Part shown: positions 1-11,519 of the stretch, in pieces
Numbering within the stretch: position 1 is the stretch's first letter
Layout of the letters: every line of letters begins with the position of its first letter
From: Eledone cirrhosa
Taxonomy: Eukaryota
Assembly (NCBI GenBank): GCA_964016885.1
Contig: OZ024760.1
Span: 5,270,001 to 5,334,000, forward strand
DNA: 64,000 bases
Direction of reading: 5' to 3'
Position numbers and translations under genes: made by a program
Notes under the pieces: generated by a model
Databases searched by the model: none
What the model saw: the letters and a program-made list of their open reading frames with translations, nothing else
Told to the model about the DNA's origin: nothing

Positions 1-655
1 ATGTGTGTATGTATGTGTGTGTGTCTATGTGTGTGTGTCTGTATATATGTGTATGTATGTGTGGGTGTCTATGTGTGTGTGTGTCTGTATATATGTGTAT
101 GTATGTGTGTGTGTCTGTATATATGTGTATGTATGTGTGTGTGTCTATGTGTGTGTGTGTCTGTATATATGTGTATGTATGTGTGTGTGTGTATGTATGT
201 GTGTCTATGTGTGTGTGTCTATGTGTGTGTGTGTCTGTATATATGTGTATGTATGTATGTGTATGTGTGTGTGTCTGTGTGTGTGTGTCTGTATATATGT
301 GTATGTATGTGTGTGTGTCTATGTGTGTGTGTGTGTATGTATATATGTGTATGTATGTGTGTGTATGTATGTGTGTGTGTCTATGTGTGTGTGTGTCTGT
401 ATATATGTGTATGTGTGTGTATGTATGTGTGGGTGTCTATGTGTGTGTATGTCTGTATATATGTGTATGTGTGTGTGTGTCTGTATATATGTGTGTGTAT
501 GTATGTGTGTGTGTCTATGTGTGTGTGTGTCTGTATATATGTGTATGTATGTGTGTGTGTGTCTGTATATATGTGTATGTATGTGTGTGTGTCTATGTGT
601 GTGTGTGTGTCTGTATATATGTGTATGTATGTGTGTGTGTGTCTATGCGTGTGTG
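1..655. repeat. Compound (TG)n/(TA)n microsatellite
   Basis: Continuous degenerate gtgt/gtat/atat units; the ORFs here are only V/C/Y/M repeats. Confidence 0.95.
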
Positions 656-1569
656 AACACAGCAGATTTTTTTTCTATAGAGGAAAAAATTGACCCACTA
701 CTGGACTGGTATTTTTTTTTTTTATTGACCTCGAAAGTATGAAAGGCAAAGTGGACCCCAGCAGGATTTGAACTCTGGGCCTGCAATGGGGTGGGACGAA
801 TACCATAAAGTATTCTAGCCGACATCTCAATGGCTGTCAATTCTCAAAATATTGTTCTCAAAATAAGTGACATCAAAATCTCATAGATTCGATGTGGAGT
901 GTCTATGGAAGCCCAGAAACACCAGAAATCAAAGTAGTGCCCAATGCATGATGGGATGCAGAGTTGGTATATTTAAGGAAGAAAATATTCGATCATGAAC
1001 TCCTATGGTTTCTGAAGACACTCGTCTGTGTGAAGTCACAAACAGAAACTGTAGGAGCTCATGGTTGAATATTTCCTTCCTAAATATATATCTAGATATA
1101 TATACCATATATACTTGAATATAAGCCAAGGAATATATAACCAAAATAATCAATGGTAAAATACGTCATCTAAACATTGTGTTGATTAGCTGCCTCAGCT
1201 TATAAATAGGGTTTGAATTTTTGCCCATTTCTCAGACATAAAGTAGGGGCCAGATGACTTATATTCGAGTATATATGGTAAATCTAAATATATATATATA
1301 GTTAAAAAAATAAAAATTTAAATTTTGGTTTTCGCTCTAACATAGCGAATATGTAAATTTATCCATGAGCTTTATAACAAATAATAATAATATTCGATTT
1401 GTTTGCCAGCAAACAGCCTCATTGTGCTATGTATTTTAGATGTGACACAGAGAAACAACAGGATGGCGTGGGTCATCTAAAAAGCATAGCGTAATGAAGC
1501 TGTTTGCTTGCAAATGAAATGAATATTATTATTATTCAATATAAAACTCACGAATATATATATATATAT

Positions 1570-1913
1570 CATTTCCTTCATTTCATTTCATTTTACGTCC
1601 GTTTTCCCCTGCTTGCAAGGGTGGGGCGGGAACTGATTCAGGCTTGATCTCTACAGCTGGATGCCCTTCCTAACACCAACCTCATTTACAGTGAGTGCTG
1701 GGTGCTTTTTTGCCGTGGCACCTCCACGACCACTTTGCAGTGGAATGATAGGGACCCCAGTCCCTATCATCTCATTTCTACAGCTGAGTAAACTGGAGCA
1801 ATGTGAAATAAAGTGTCTTGCTCAAGGAAACAACACATCACCCGGTCTGAGAATTGAACTCACAACCTTTCGATTGCAAGGCCAATGCTCTAACCACTAA
1901 GACATGTGCCTCC
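1570..1913 (-). mobile_element. tRNA-derived SINE, family A (CORE-like centre, RTE-type tail)
   Basis: The minus strand has a tRNA-like head with A/B-box-like motifs (TAGTGGTTAGAGC...GAGTTCAATTC) and the motif CCTTGAGCAAGACACTT. The tail matches the RTE 3' UTR at 10680-10955. At least six near-identical copies are in the window. Confidence 0.85.
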
Positions 1914-2729
1914 ATATATATATATAGTTAGGGTAGTAGAGTGGGTAATAGGAAAAGAGTTAGGACCCACATGGCTGAGCTCCGGTGTGTAAGTGTGCGT
2001 GTGTATATAAGCATGTATATTTTTGTGTTTTTTGTGTGTGTGTGTGTGTGCGAGTGTGTATACAGTCGCGTGCGTGCGCGTGATTAGATATACATGGGGC
2101 GAGGCGTATATGTGTATCCTGTGTGTGTAGATGTGCTTGCATACGCTTTTGTCTGCACGTTTTTTGCGTGTATATATATATATATTTCTTATAGATATAC
2201 GTTTCTTGTAGATATACGTGTGTGTGTATGCGTGTACCTTGTTTGTCTTCTTTTCTTTAATTTTTTCTTTCTAAATTATTGTTCCATTTTTATAAATATA
2301 TCGAGAATGATACTTTCTTTTAATTATTACACTCCCTTACCTCTTTTACTTCCGCATATAAGTATACGTGCGTGTGGGTGTGTTTATACGCATGCCTTCA
2401 TATTCTTATAATGTATCTATTACCCTATTTTTTCTGTGTACCTGCCAAACAGAAAACCACATCATGTCTGTCTGTAGTTTACAGATACACAGATACACTT
2501 GCCCTAACATATATATTTACGCACACTTTTTCACTATACGTATACATTTGTACATACACATATATGTACATCTGTGAGCATATATACATACATATACACA
2601 CACCTAACTATATTTCTTGAAAGATTTTTATATATTTCATATGGCTATTGTAATTCATTTGTCTATATTTATATAATTTTTTTGCTTTTCTTGATGAGAC
2701 TTTCCAAGTATTTAGCCATGTTTTATATT

Positions 2730-2801
2730 GCCTCGTCTGACGAACAAATGAAGACGTTTCTTTCGTATTCGCCTCATTCGGGAAACCTCTGGTAATGAGG
2801 T
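2730..2801 (+). ncRNA. Type I hammerhead ribozyme motif (diverged stem II)
   Basis: Stem I GCCTCGT/ATGAGGT, core CTGACGA (2737-2743), GAAA (2782-2785), stem III ACC-tct-GGT, cleavage triplet GUA. Confidence 0.6.
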
Positions 2802-2949
2802 AATTATATTGTATTGATTTTTATACATTAAATTTTGCTCTGGTACTTACATAGAGCACTCTTCACTTCTATGACCTTTTCTGTTTTCAACGGAAATTTC
2901 AATACTTATATATATATATACACATATTTTAAAACAAATAGTTTTCCTC

Positions 2950-3155
2950 CTCATCATCATCATTTTACGTCCACTTTTCCCATCTTGCAAGGGTGGGACG
3001 GGTCCTATTCAGTACAGCATCTCTCCACTTGTCACGGTCCTTCGTCATCTCCTCCGTGAGCTTCAGCGATCTGAAGTCTGCTCTCACCACCTCCGCCCAT
3101 GTTTTTCGTGGTCTTCCTCTACTGCATCTTCCTTCTACTGGGATTTCTTGGCATT
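2950..3155 (-). mobile_element. RTE LINE 3' end fragment
   Basis: Encodes [33 protein letters not shown]...WRDAV and ends in an (ATG)n tail; matches 8915-9320. Confidence 0.85.
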
Positions 3156-3164
3156 TTGTAATTT

Positions 3165-3379
3165 GATATGTGTGCGTCCCAACAGAAATGACCATAATTA
3201 TAGTCAATATAGACAATAGTTAAGAAAATAGGGTAAAGTACTTCTGGAGATAGAAATGAGTAAATAGAGACACTTCTGTCCATTTGTATCTATTTCCAGG
3301 GGTACTTTACCTGATTTTCTCAACTATTATTTATAATAATCAACTATTATTATGGCCATTTGTGTTGGGACACACATAT
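3165..3379. repeat. Imperfect foldback inverted repeat (MITE-like)
   Basis: ATATGTGTGCGTCCCAACAGAAATGACCATAAT...GGTAAAGTACTTCTGGAGATAGA pairs with TCTATTTCCAGGGGTACTTTACC...ATTATGGCCATTTGTGTTGGGACACACATAT. Confidence 0.75.
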
Positions 3380-3431
3380 TTGGAATTTTTTAAATTATCC
3401 AAATGCTACTTAAATCAACCATTTTGTTAAA

Positions 3432-3652
3432 CCCTTTAGCATTTACTTTACTCTATATATACTATTATATTTTTGTGGTAAAGGTTTTACCTTACATGAT
3501 TATCTCACATAATATCGAATGTATGAGATTTTAATATTAGTTATTTTGAGAACAATACCTTAACATCAGTAAGAGCGGCCAGTTACAGCCAGTTTGAACA
3601 GAAAGAGGTGAGAGTATTCTGGCCAGATACAGCCGGTTTAATTTCTAAAGGG
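3432..3652 (+). mobile_element. piggyBac-type MITE (~220 bp)
   Basis: Terminal inverted repeats CCCTTTAGCATTTA / TAATTTCTAAAGGG with TTAA at the ends; six copies in the window. Confidence 0.8.
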
Positions 3653-3719
3653 TTAAATAATAGGTAATTGAAAAAAAAAAACAACAAAACAAAACAATTC
3701 CCTCCCAAATTTTTAATTA

Positions 3720-3884
3720 CCATATTTCCTGGCATCGAAGACGCTACTTGTTTCCTAAAATAAGTCTCAAAAAATCTACATTGCATCCTGGAGGCGAAGG
3801 CTGTTTATTATTTTTTTTTCAAATTTTTGATTGTCAAAAGGTGCGTCCTCAAGGACAAAGCGTCTTCGGCGCCAGGAAATATGA
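3720..3884. mobile_element. pogo/Tc2-type MITE
   Basis: TA-CCATATTTCCTGGCATCGAAGACGCT ... AGCGTCTTCGGCGCCAGGAAATATGA-TA: about 26-bp terminal inverted repeats flanked by TA. Confidence 0.7.
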
Positions 3885-4256
3885 TAATATAGTGTATCTG
3901 GTTATAAATGTGGTAACGAAAGGGTTTAAATATTTACCTTTGGTATGGAATATGAGGAGAAGATTTTAAAATTGTCCGAACAATTGTTTGTGCTCTTGCT
4001 TCAAAACACCAAAATGTGGGCCAGAACTTTTCATGTAAAATTGGACAGTGTCTTGTTATGAATTGTAATAGTTTCTCATCTCCGCAAACAAGCTGGGGTT
4101 TCTAGAAAAAAAAAAAGAAAAAATATATTATAAAAGAAAGACCTATTTCTCCGTCTGTCTGTCACACTTATGTATAGGGGAATCTGAGACAGTGTGAAGG
4201 AGAGAAGACTGTTAGTATGGATATGTGATGCGCATGGAGAAGGGTGAAGAAAGTGA

Positions 4257-4775
4257 TCATGTAGGTATCATGACAAAAAGCGCCCAGTCCTCACTATAAA
4301 GTGGTCGTCTAGGTGTCATGACAAAAAGCATCCAGTCCACACTGTAAAGTGGTGGTGTGGGTGACAGGACAAAAGGTACCCAGTCCACACTGTAAAGTGG
4401 TGGTGTAGGTGACAGGACAAAAGGTACCCAGTCCACACTGTAAAGTGGTGGTGTAGGTGACAGGATAAAAGGCATCCAGTCCACACTGAAAAGTAGTGAT
4501 GTAGGTGACAGGACAAAAGGCACCCAGCCCACTCTGTAAAGTGGTCATGTAGGCATCATAACAAAAAGCATCCAGTCCACACTGAAAATGTGGTTGGCAT
4601 TAGGAAGGGCATCCAGCTGTAGAAACCAAGCTAGAAACAGTTCTGTATAAGCAAAACATGGTCATCTGATCTGGCTTGTCTCACAACAGGACAACTCATC
4701 TAACCCATGCTAGTATGGAAAAATGGAGATTAAACAGCGATGATGATTGATGGTGATCATCATCATCATCAACAT
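4257..4775 (+). mobile_element. RTE 3' UTR-derived element with expanded ~50-bp internal repeats
   Basis: About seven units containing CCACACTGTAAAGTGG, then GGAAGGGCATCCAGCTGTAGAAA and a GAT-repeat tail as in 10680-10955. Confidence 0.75.
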
Positions 4776-5234
4776 CATATAATAGTGCCTGCCATGATAA
4801 AATGCACCCAATACATCGATATCATTGACTTGAATTCCTCGCAACACCTCCAGTGTTGGTGTCTGCCACAATAAAATGCACCCAGTACACTCTGTAAAAT
4901 GTTAGCTAATGTTGAATCAATTGATACCATTGAGTAAATTCCTTCGAAGGCAATGCCCCAGCTTGGCCGCAGTCTAATGACTGAAACCATTAAAAGAATA
5001 AAGGAATGACAGACCACTAAAAGAGACAAAGAAACAATAATTATTACTAATGAAGGAGAAATAATAATTATTGAACCTCATTTGTACAGCTAATTATTGC
5101 CAATCAATTTGGTAATTGGGAATAAAAATACCAGCTGGTATTTCCCAGTTTATCGGACAAACAGAAAAATCTGTTCGTTTAAGTGTGTCTGGATTTGAAA
5201 ATTACTCATTACTGATTCTATATATGTGTGGGCA

Positions 5235-6259
5235 TGATGATGATGATGATGATGATGATTGTAGTGGTATGTGATGGTATTTGTTCTTGTAGTGGTTGTA
5301 TTGGTGGTGGTGGTGGTGGTGGTTGTGGTGGTATTTGTTCTTGTAGTGGTTGTATTGGTGGTAGTGGTGGTGGTATGTGATGGTATGTGATGGTATTTGT
5401 TCTTGTAGTGGTTGTATTGGTGGTGGTTGTGGTGGTGGTGGTGGTATGTGGTGGTGGTGGTATGTGGTGGTATGTGATGGTATTTGTTCTTGTAGTGGTT
5501 GTATTGGTGGTGGTGGTGGTGGTATGTGATGGTATTTGTTCTTGTAGTGGTTGTATTAGTGGTGGTGGTATGCGGTGGTATGTGATGGTATTTGTTCTTG
5601 TAGTGGTTGTATTGGTGGTGGTTGTGGTGGTATGTGGTAGTATTTGTTCTTGTAGTGGTTGTATTGGTGGTGGTTGTGGTGGTATGTGGTTGTATTTGTT
5701 CTTGTAGTGGTTGTATTGGTGGTGGTGGTGGTGGTATGTGGTGGTATGTGATGGTATGTGATGGTATTTGTTCTTGTAGTGGTTGTATTGGTGGTGGTGG
5801 TGGTGGTGGTAGTGGTATGTGATGGTATGTGGTGGTATTTGTTCTTGTAGTGGTTGTATTGGTGGTGGTTGTGGTGGTGGTAGTGGTATGTGATGGTATG
5901 TGGTGGTATTTGTTCTTGTAGTGGTTGTATTGGTGGTGGTGGTTGTGGTGGTATGTGATGGTATTTGTTCTTGTAGTGGTTGTATTGGTGGTGGTGGTGG
6001 TGGTGGTAGTGGTATGTGGTGGTATGTGATGGTATTTGTTCTTGTAGTGGTTGTATTGGTGGTGGTGGTGGTGGTGGTAGTGGTATGTGGTGGTATGTGA
6101 TGGTATTTGTTCTTGTAGTGGTTGTATTGGTGGTGGTTGCAGTGGTATGTGGTGGTAACAATGATAATGAAAGTGTGGTGATGATGATGATGGCAATGAC
6201 GATGGTGGAGATGGTAGTGGTACTAGTGGTGGTGGTGGTGGTTGCGACAATGATAATTG

Positions 6260-6291
<32 letters not shown>

Positions 6292-6490
6292 GGGGCAGGA
6301 GTGGTGATAGTGGTCGTGATGATGATGATGATGATGATGGTAGTGATGGGAGTAGGAGTGGCAATAGTGGTAGTGATAGTGGTCGTGCTTATGATGATGA
6401 TGGCAATGATGGTGGTGGAGATGGTAGTGGTACTAGTAGTGGTGGAGGTTGCGACATGGCAATAATGGTAATGGTGATGGTGATGGGAAT
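5235..6490. repeat. Minisatellite GGTATTTGTTCTTGTAGTGGTTGTATT with (GGT)n spacers, then (GAT/GGT)n
   Basis: A fixed 27-bp core recurs about 17 times, separated by variable GGT-rich runs. Confidence 0.9.
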
Positions 6491-6934
6491 GATAGTGTAT
6501 TTCTTTCTATCAAATCTCTAACATGCCTAAGCTACATTCTCTGCCGTCTTCCACACCTGCAACTGGAACAAAAGGGATGACAATTAGTCATCTACCACGT
6601 GGTATCTATGAGGCTGTTTACTTGCAAACAAACCTAATATAACAATTGTTTCTACTTTAGGCACAAGGCCAGCAATTAATTACCCAGTACATTACTGGTA
6701 CTTTATTTTATCGACCCCGTAAGGATGAAAGGCAAAGTTAACTCAGATCATAAAGAGACGTAACTCTACAAACCCAATATAATATTATTATAATACTAGA
6801 CCCACCGAGGTTAACTTTGCCTTTCATCCTTACGGGGTTGATAAAATAAGGTACCAGTTACGCACTGGGGTGAAAAAAAATCGACTTTCCCCTCCCCCAA
6901 AATTGCTGGCCTTGTGCCTATATAAGAAACCATT

Positions 6935-7125
6935 AGGTGGATTGGCAGTATCGGTAGAGGGTCGGACGCCATGCTTTGACATATAGAGTTACGGCCCTTG
7001 CCATTCTGAGTTCAAATCCCGCCGAGGTTAACTTTGCTTCTCATCCTTACGGGGTCGATAAAATAAAGTACCAGTAATGTACTGGGATAATTGCTGGCCT
7101 TGTGCCAAAAGTAGAAACAATTATT
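6935..7125 (+). mobile_element. tRNA-derived SINE, family B (Meta-domain-like centre)
   Basis: GGTGGATTGGCAGTATCGGTAGAG...GAGTTCAAATCCC head, centre CATCCTTACGGGGTCGATAAAATAAAGTACCAG, tail GCTGGCCTTGTGCC...AGAAACAATTATT. Partial copies lie at 670-840, 6645-6750 and 6800-6930. Confidence 0.8.
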
Positions 7126-7702
7126 ATAAACTAGACCACCTGTGACCCGTTGGGTCATGTTCAATTCAATTTTTTTTTTTTTAAATCATGTTCATTTAAA
7201 AATAATTTTTAAATAATTAAAATATACACAGACATGTATATAATGTAAAATGAAACCAGAAGGCCCATATATATACGTGTGTGTATACATATATATGTAT
7301 GTGTGTATATATATATGTGGGTGTCTGTGATCTGTATAGACTGGTCATAGACACACACACATATATATATACACAACAACACCACCAGCTCTCTCTCTCT
7401 CTCTTACATTCTCCTTCTCCTCTCCCTATGTCTCTCTTTCAATCTACTCTCTCACAACCACTATCTCTTTCTCTCTCTCTCTTTATGAAGGTACCCGGAA
7501 AAGCCCACATCTCGGGAACCCGTACATCGATTTATGCGAAACTTGTCTCATTCCATTTGTATTTCCATTTCAGGGTCAACTTCCTTTCAAAGTATTTTCG
7601 CCTTTTGGCTGTTTACTACATTACAGACAAGCAAGCAACCAATCACAGAGTTTTAGTAGTATATAGATCATTATTATTTACTCATCATCACCAAGAAGAT
7701 GA

Positions 7703-7890
7703 GGGCGGTGGATTGGCAGTATCAGTAGAGGGTCGGACGCCATGCTTTCCAGCATAGTTACGTCCCTTTACGATCTGAGTTCAAATCCCGCCGAGGTTGA
7801 CTTTACCTTTCATCCTTACGGGGTCGATAAAATAAAGTACCAGTAATGCACTGGGTAATTGCTGGCCTTGTGCCTAAAGTAGAAACAGTT
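7703..7890 (+). mobile_element. SINE family B
   Basis: Full-length match to 6935-7125. Confidence 0.8.
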
Positions 7891-8547
7891 ATTTACTCAT
7901 CATCATCATCATCGATTAACGTCTATTTTCCACGCTAGCATGAGTTAGTCGGGTTTGTCCCATTTAGAGGCAAGTTGGGTCGGGTGACCGTGTCTTGCTC
8001 ATATAGGAGAGCTTCTGGCTGGTTTGCTACGGCGGGATACCCTTCCTAACGTCAACCACATTGACAGTGTGTGCTGGCTGCTCTTTGCCGTGTCTTTTAC
8101 ACGTCTACTATACAGTGTATGCTGGGTGTTTTGGGGCTGGTTTTCTACGGCTGGATGCCCTTCACGAATATATTTAGGTATCCACCATGTTAAGAACGAA
8201 AACAAATCTTGTTTGTAATAATTTCAGGCAAAGCCAGCCATAAAATTCCCCAGTATGCAAATGAGACTAATCAGCTGATGTATACAATTGAGAATACTAT
8301 GTATTCTCAGCAGTTCCAGCAGGTAGCAGAGAAGAGAGAATACACAATCTTGATAAGGAGCAATAACTCCGAAACAATTGTCGATTGTTTCCTCTCAGCT
8401 ACTACTGCAACAAACGGATGATGATTAGTCATCTTGCATGTTGTGTCTATGAGGCTGTATATTTTAAAAATATAAACATATGGAAGCGAAACCAAAACAA
8501 AACAAATTTTGTTTTATATATTTCTGGCAATATACATACATATATAT

Positions 8548-8873
8548 CATTTCATTCATTCATTTCATTTTACGTCTGCTTTTTCCCTGCTTGCAAGGGT
8601 GGGACGGGAACTGATTCTGGCTTGATTTCTACAGCTGGATGCCCTTCCTAACACCAACCTCATTTACAGTGAGTGCTGGGTGCTTTTTTGCCGTGGCACC
8701 GCCACAACCACTTTACAGTGGAATGATAGGGACCCCAGTCCCTATCATCTCATTTCTACAGCTGAGTAAACTGGAGCAATTGCTCAAGGAAACAACACAT
8801 CACCCGGTCTGAGAATTGAACTCACAACCTTTCGATTGCAAGGCTAATGCTCTAACCACTAAGCCATGTGCCT

Positions 8874-8875
<2 letters not shown>
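8548..8875 (-). mobile_element. SINE family A
   Basis: Near-identical to 1570-1913 with a small internal deletion. Confidence 0.85.
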
Positions 8876-8914
<39 letters not shown>

Positions 8915-8920
<6 letters not shown>

Positions 8921-9319
8921 CATCATCATCATCATCATCATCATTTTACGTCCGCTTTTCCCTGCTTGCAAGGGTGGGACGGGTTTTATTCAGCACAGCA
9001 TCTCTCCACTCGTCACGGTCCCTCGTCATCTCCACCGTGAGCTTCAATGATCTGAGGTCTGTTCTCACCACCTCCGCCCATGTTTTTCGTGGTCTACCTC
9101 TACCACGTCTTCCTTCAACTGGCATTTCCTGGCACTTCTTCACCCATCGGTCATCCTCCATGCGCATCACATGTCCATACCACCTCAGTCTCCTCTCCCG
9201 TACACTACATTCTATCCCTCTCAGACACAGTTTCTCTCTCAACACATTTATGCTGGGTCGTTCACGCACATTTACACTGCACATCCAACGGAGCATGCTT
9301 GCCTCATTTCTCTCCAGCC

Positions 9320-9320
<1 letters not shown>
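8915..9320 (-). mobile_element. RTE LINE 3' end (short-tail subfamily), 5'-truncated
   Basis: Encodes [13 protein letters not shown]...[12 protein letters not shown]...GRGRPRKTW and is followed almost immediately by an (ATG)n tail. Confidence 0.9.
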
Positions 9321-9389
<69 letters not shown>

Positions 9390-9400
9390 CTCTCCAGCCG

Positions 9401-9433
<33 letters not shown>

Positions 9434-9501
9434 ATACATATATATATACATACATATACACATATAATATATATATATATACACATATACACATATACAC
9501 T

Positions 9502-10955
9502 TGTGAAAGCGGTACAAGCCATGTATAGGGGAGCAGTCAGCAAAGTTAGGATTGGCAATGAGTATAGCGAGGAATTTAGCGTACAGGTTGGGGTCCACCA
9601 GGGCTCTGTTCTTAGCCCTCTCCTGTTCATCATAGTCCTGCAGGCAATAACGGAGGAGTTTAAGACCGGATGCCCATGGGAACTCCTGTATGCTGATGAC
9701 CTCGCACTCATAGCTGAATCTATGGTAGAACTAGAGAATAAATTCCAAACCTGGAAGCAGGGACTAGAGAGAAAGGGCCTCAAAGTCAACATGACAAAGA
9801 CTAAGGTCCTTATAAGTAGACGAGAAAACAGAACCCAGATCCCCTCAGGGAAATGGCCTTGCTCAGTATGTAGGAAAGGTGTAGGTAGGAACTCCATTCT
9901 TTGCCCCAAATGCAAACAATGGGTACACAAGAGATGTAGCGGGATCTCAGGAAGCTTAATTAAGAATGTAGGATTCACATGCAGCAGCTGTGCTGAAACA
10001 GCAAGCAAACAGCCACAGGAAACAAGTACCACCAATCTCTGGGAGGGCCCTGTAGAAACAGTAGACAGCTTCTGCTACCTAGGTGACCGAATTAGCAACG
10101 GAGGTGGGTGCTCAGAAAGTACAATAACTAGGGTAAGAACGGGATGGAAGAAGTTTAGGGAACTACTACCACTGCTAGCTGCAAAAGGCTTCTCCCTCAG
10201 AATGAAAGGCAGACTGTATGATGCGTGTATCCGAACAGCGATGTTGCATGGTAGTGAGACCTGGGCGCTGAAGGTGGAAGACCTACGTAGATTAGAGAGA
10301 AACGAAGCCTGCATGCTCCGATGGATGTGTAACAGTAATATACGTGAACGACAAAGCATAAATGAATTGAGAGAGAGACTGAGCATAAGAGGAATCAAAT
10401 GCTGCGTGCAGGAGAGGCGGTTACGCTGGTATGGACATGTGATGCGTATGAAGGATGACAGCTGCATAAAAAGGTGCAGAGCACTAGAAGTTGATGGAAA
10501 CCGCGGAGTGGGGAGACCCAAGATGACTTGGGATGAGGTGATAAAAGCCGACCTTACCCAACTACACCTCTCAAAGTCAATGACACACGACCGTGACTTC
10601 TGGCGTCACGCAGTAATACAGGGTACCCGACCTCCCATGGGTACATGCTGAAGCATATAAACAATATGCCCCCCCCCCCCACCGCAAGGTGGTCGTGGAG
10701 GTGCCACGGCAAAAAAGCACCCAGCCCACACTGTAAAGTGGACGTGTAGGCGCCACGAAAAAGCACCCAGCACTCACTGTAAATGAGGTTGGTGTTAGGA
10801 AGGGCATCCAGCTGTAGAAATCAAGCCAGATCAGTTCCTGTATGAGCAAGGCATGGTCAGCCGACCAGACACTGCCCACAACAGGACAACCCGTCTAACC
10901 CATGCTAGCGTGGAAGAACGGACGTAAAACGGTGATGATGATGATGATGATGATG
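9502..10955 (+). mobile_element. RTE LINE, 5'-truncated: reverse transcriptase C-terminal part, 3' UTR and (GAT)n tail
   Basis: Uninterrupted frame to 10651 with [25 protein letters not shown] and [10 protein letters not shown], plus a Cys/His finger. The tail is (GAT)n at 10933-10955. Confidence 0.92.
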
Positions 10956-11054
10956 ACACACATACATACACACATACATATATACATACATATATACACA
11001 TACATAATATATATATGTATACATATATACATATACACATATACATATATATAT

Positions 11055-11390
11055 ATAATATAAGATCAAAAGATGGTTAAAGGAGTTCCATGTATTTTAT
11101 TATGCGCATTTCAAAAACAAACATCATCAAGCAATAATATTTGTGTTTTCATCAGATAAAACAGGAGAACATGATATGAAGGCTAAAAAACACTTGTGGA
11201 TAGTGCAGTTTTAAATCAACATATGTTGATTTAAAACTGCACTATCCACAAGTGTTTTTTAGCCTTCATATCATGTTCTCCTGTTTTATCTGATGAAAAC
11301 ACAAATATTATTGCTTGATGATGTTTGTTTTTGAAATGCGCATAATAAAATATATGGAACTCCTTTAACCATCTTTTGATCTTATATTAT
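11055..11390. repeat. 336-bp spacerless palindrome, probable Penelope-like element remnant
   Basis: Centre at 11222/11223 (CAACAT|ATGTTG). The arms are complementary apart from one mismatch that I found (11092/11353). It abuts a TA-rich tract. Confidence 0.9.
11282..11352 (+). ncRNA. Minimal type I hammerhead ribozyme motif (mirror copy 11093-11163, minus strand)
   Basis: Stem I TGTTTTAT/ATAAAATA, CTGATGA (11290-11296), 16-bp stem II, GAAA (11333-11336), palindromic TGCGCA, triplet AUA. Confidence 0.75.
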
Positions 11391-11519
11391 GCATACTCCA
11401 GTCCCACAAACTGTAGAGTGCTTCTTATCCGATATCTGCATTGCTTTATTGTACTACAATAAAACTCACCTCCTACATATTTATATATACATATATGTGT
11501 GTGGGTGAATGTAACCAGC

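Noticed and set aside
5150-6465. His/Thr/Pro-rich ORFs, and the Gly/Cys-rich ORF at 11722-12192
   Set aside because: They are translations of GGT/ACC microsatellites.
8228-8421. Plus-strand acceptor-like site and short ORF, and a similar case near 31674
   Set aside because: No recognisable protein motif, no convincing donor and no partner exons.
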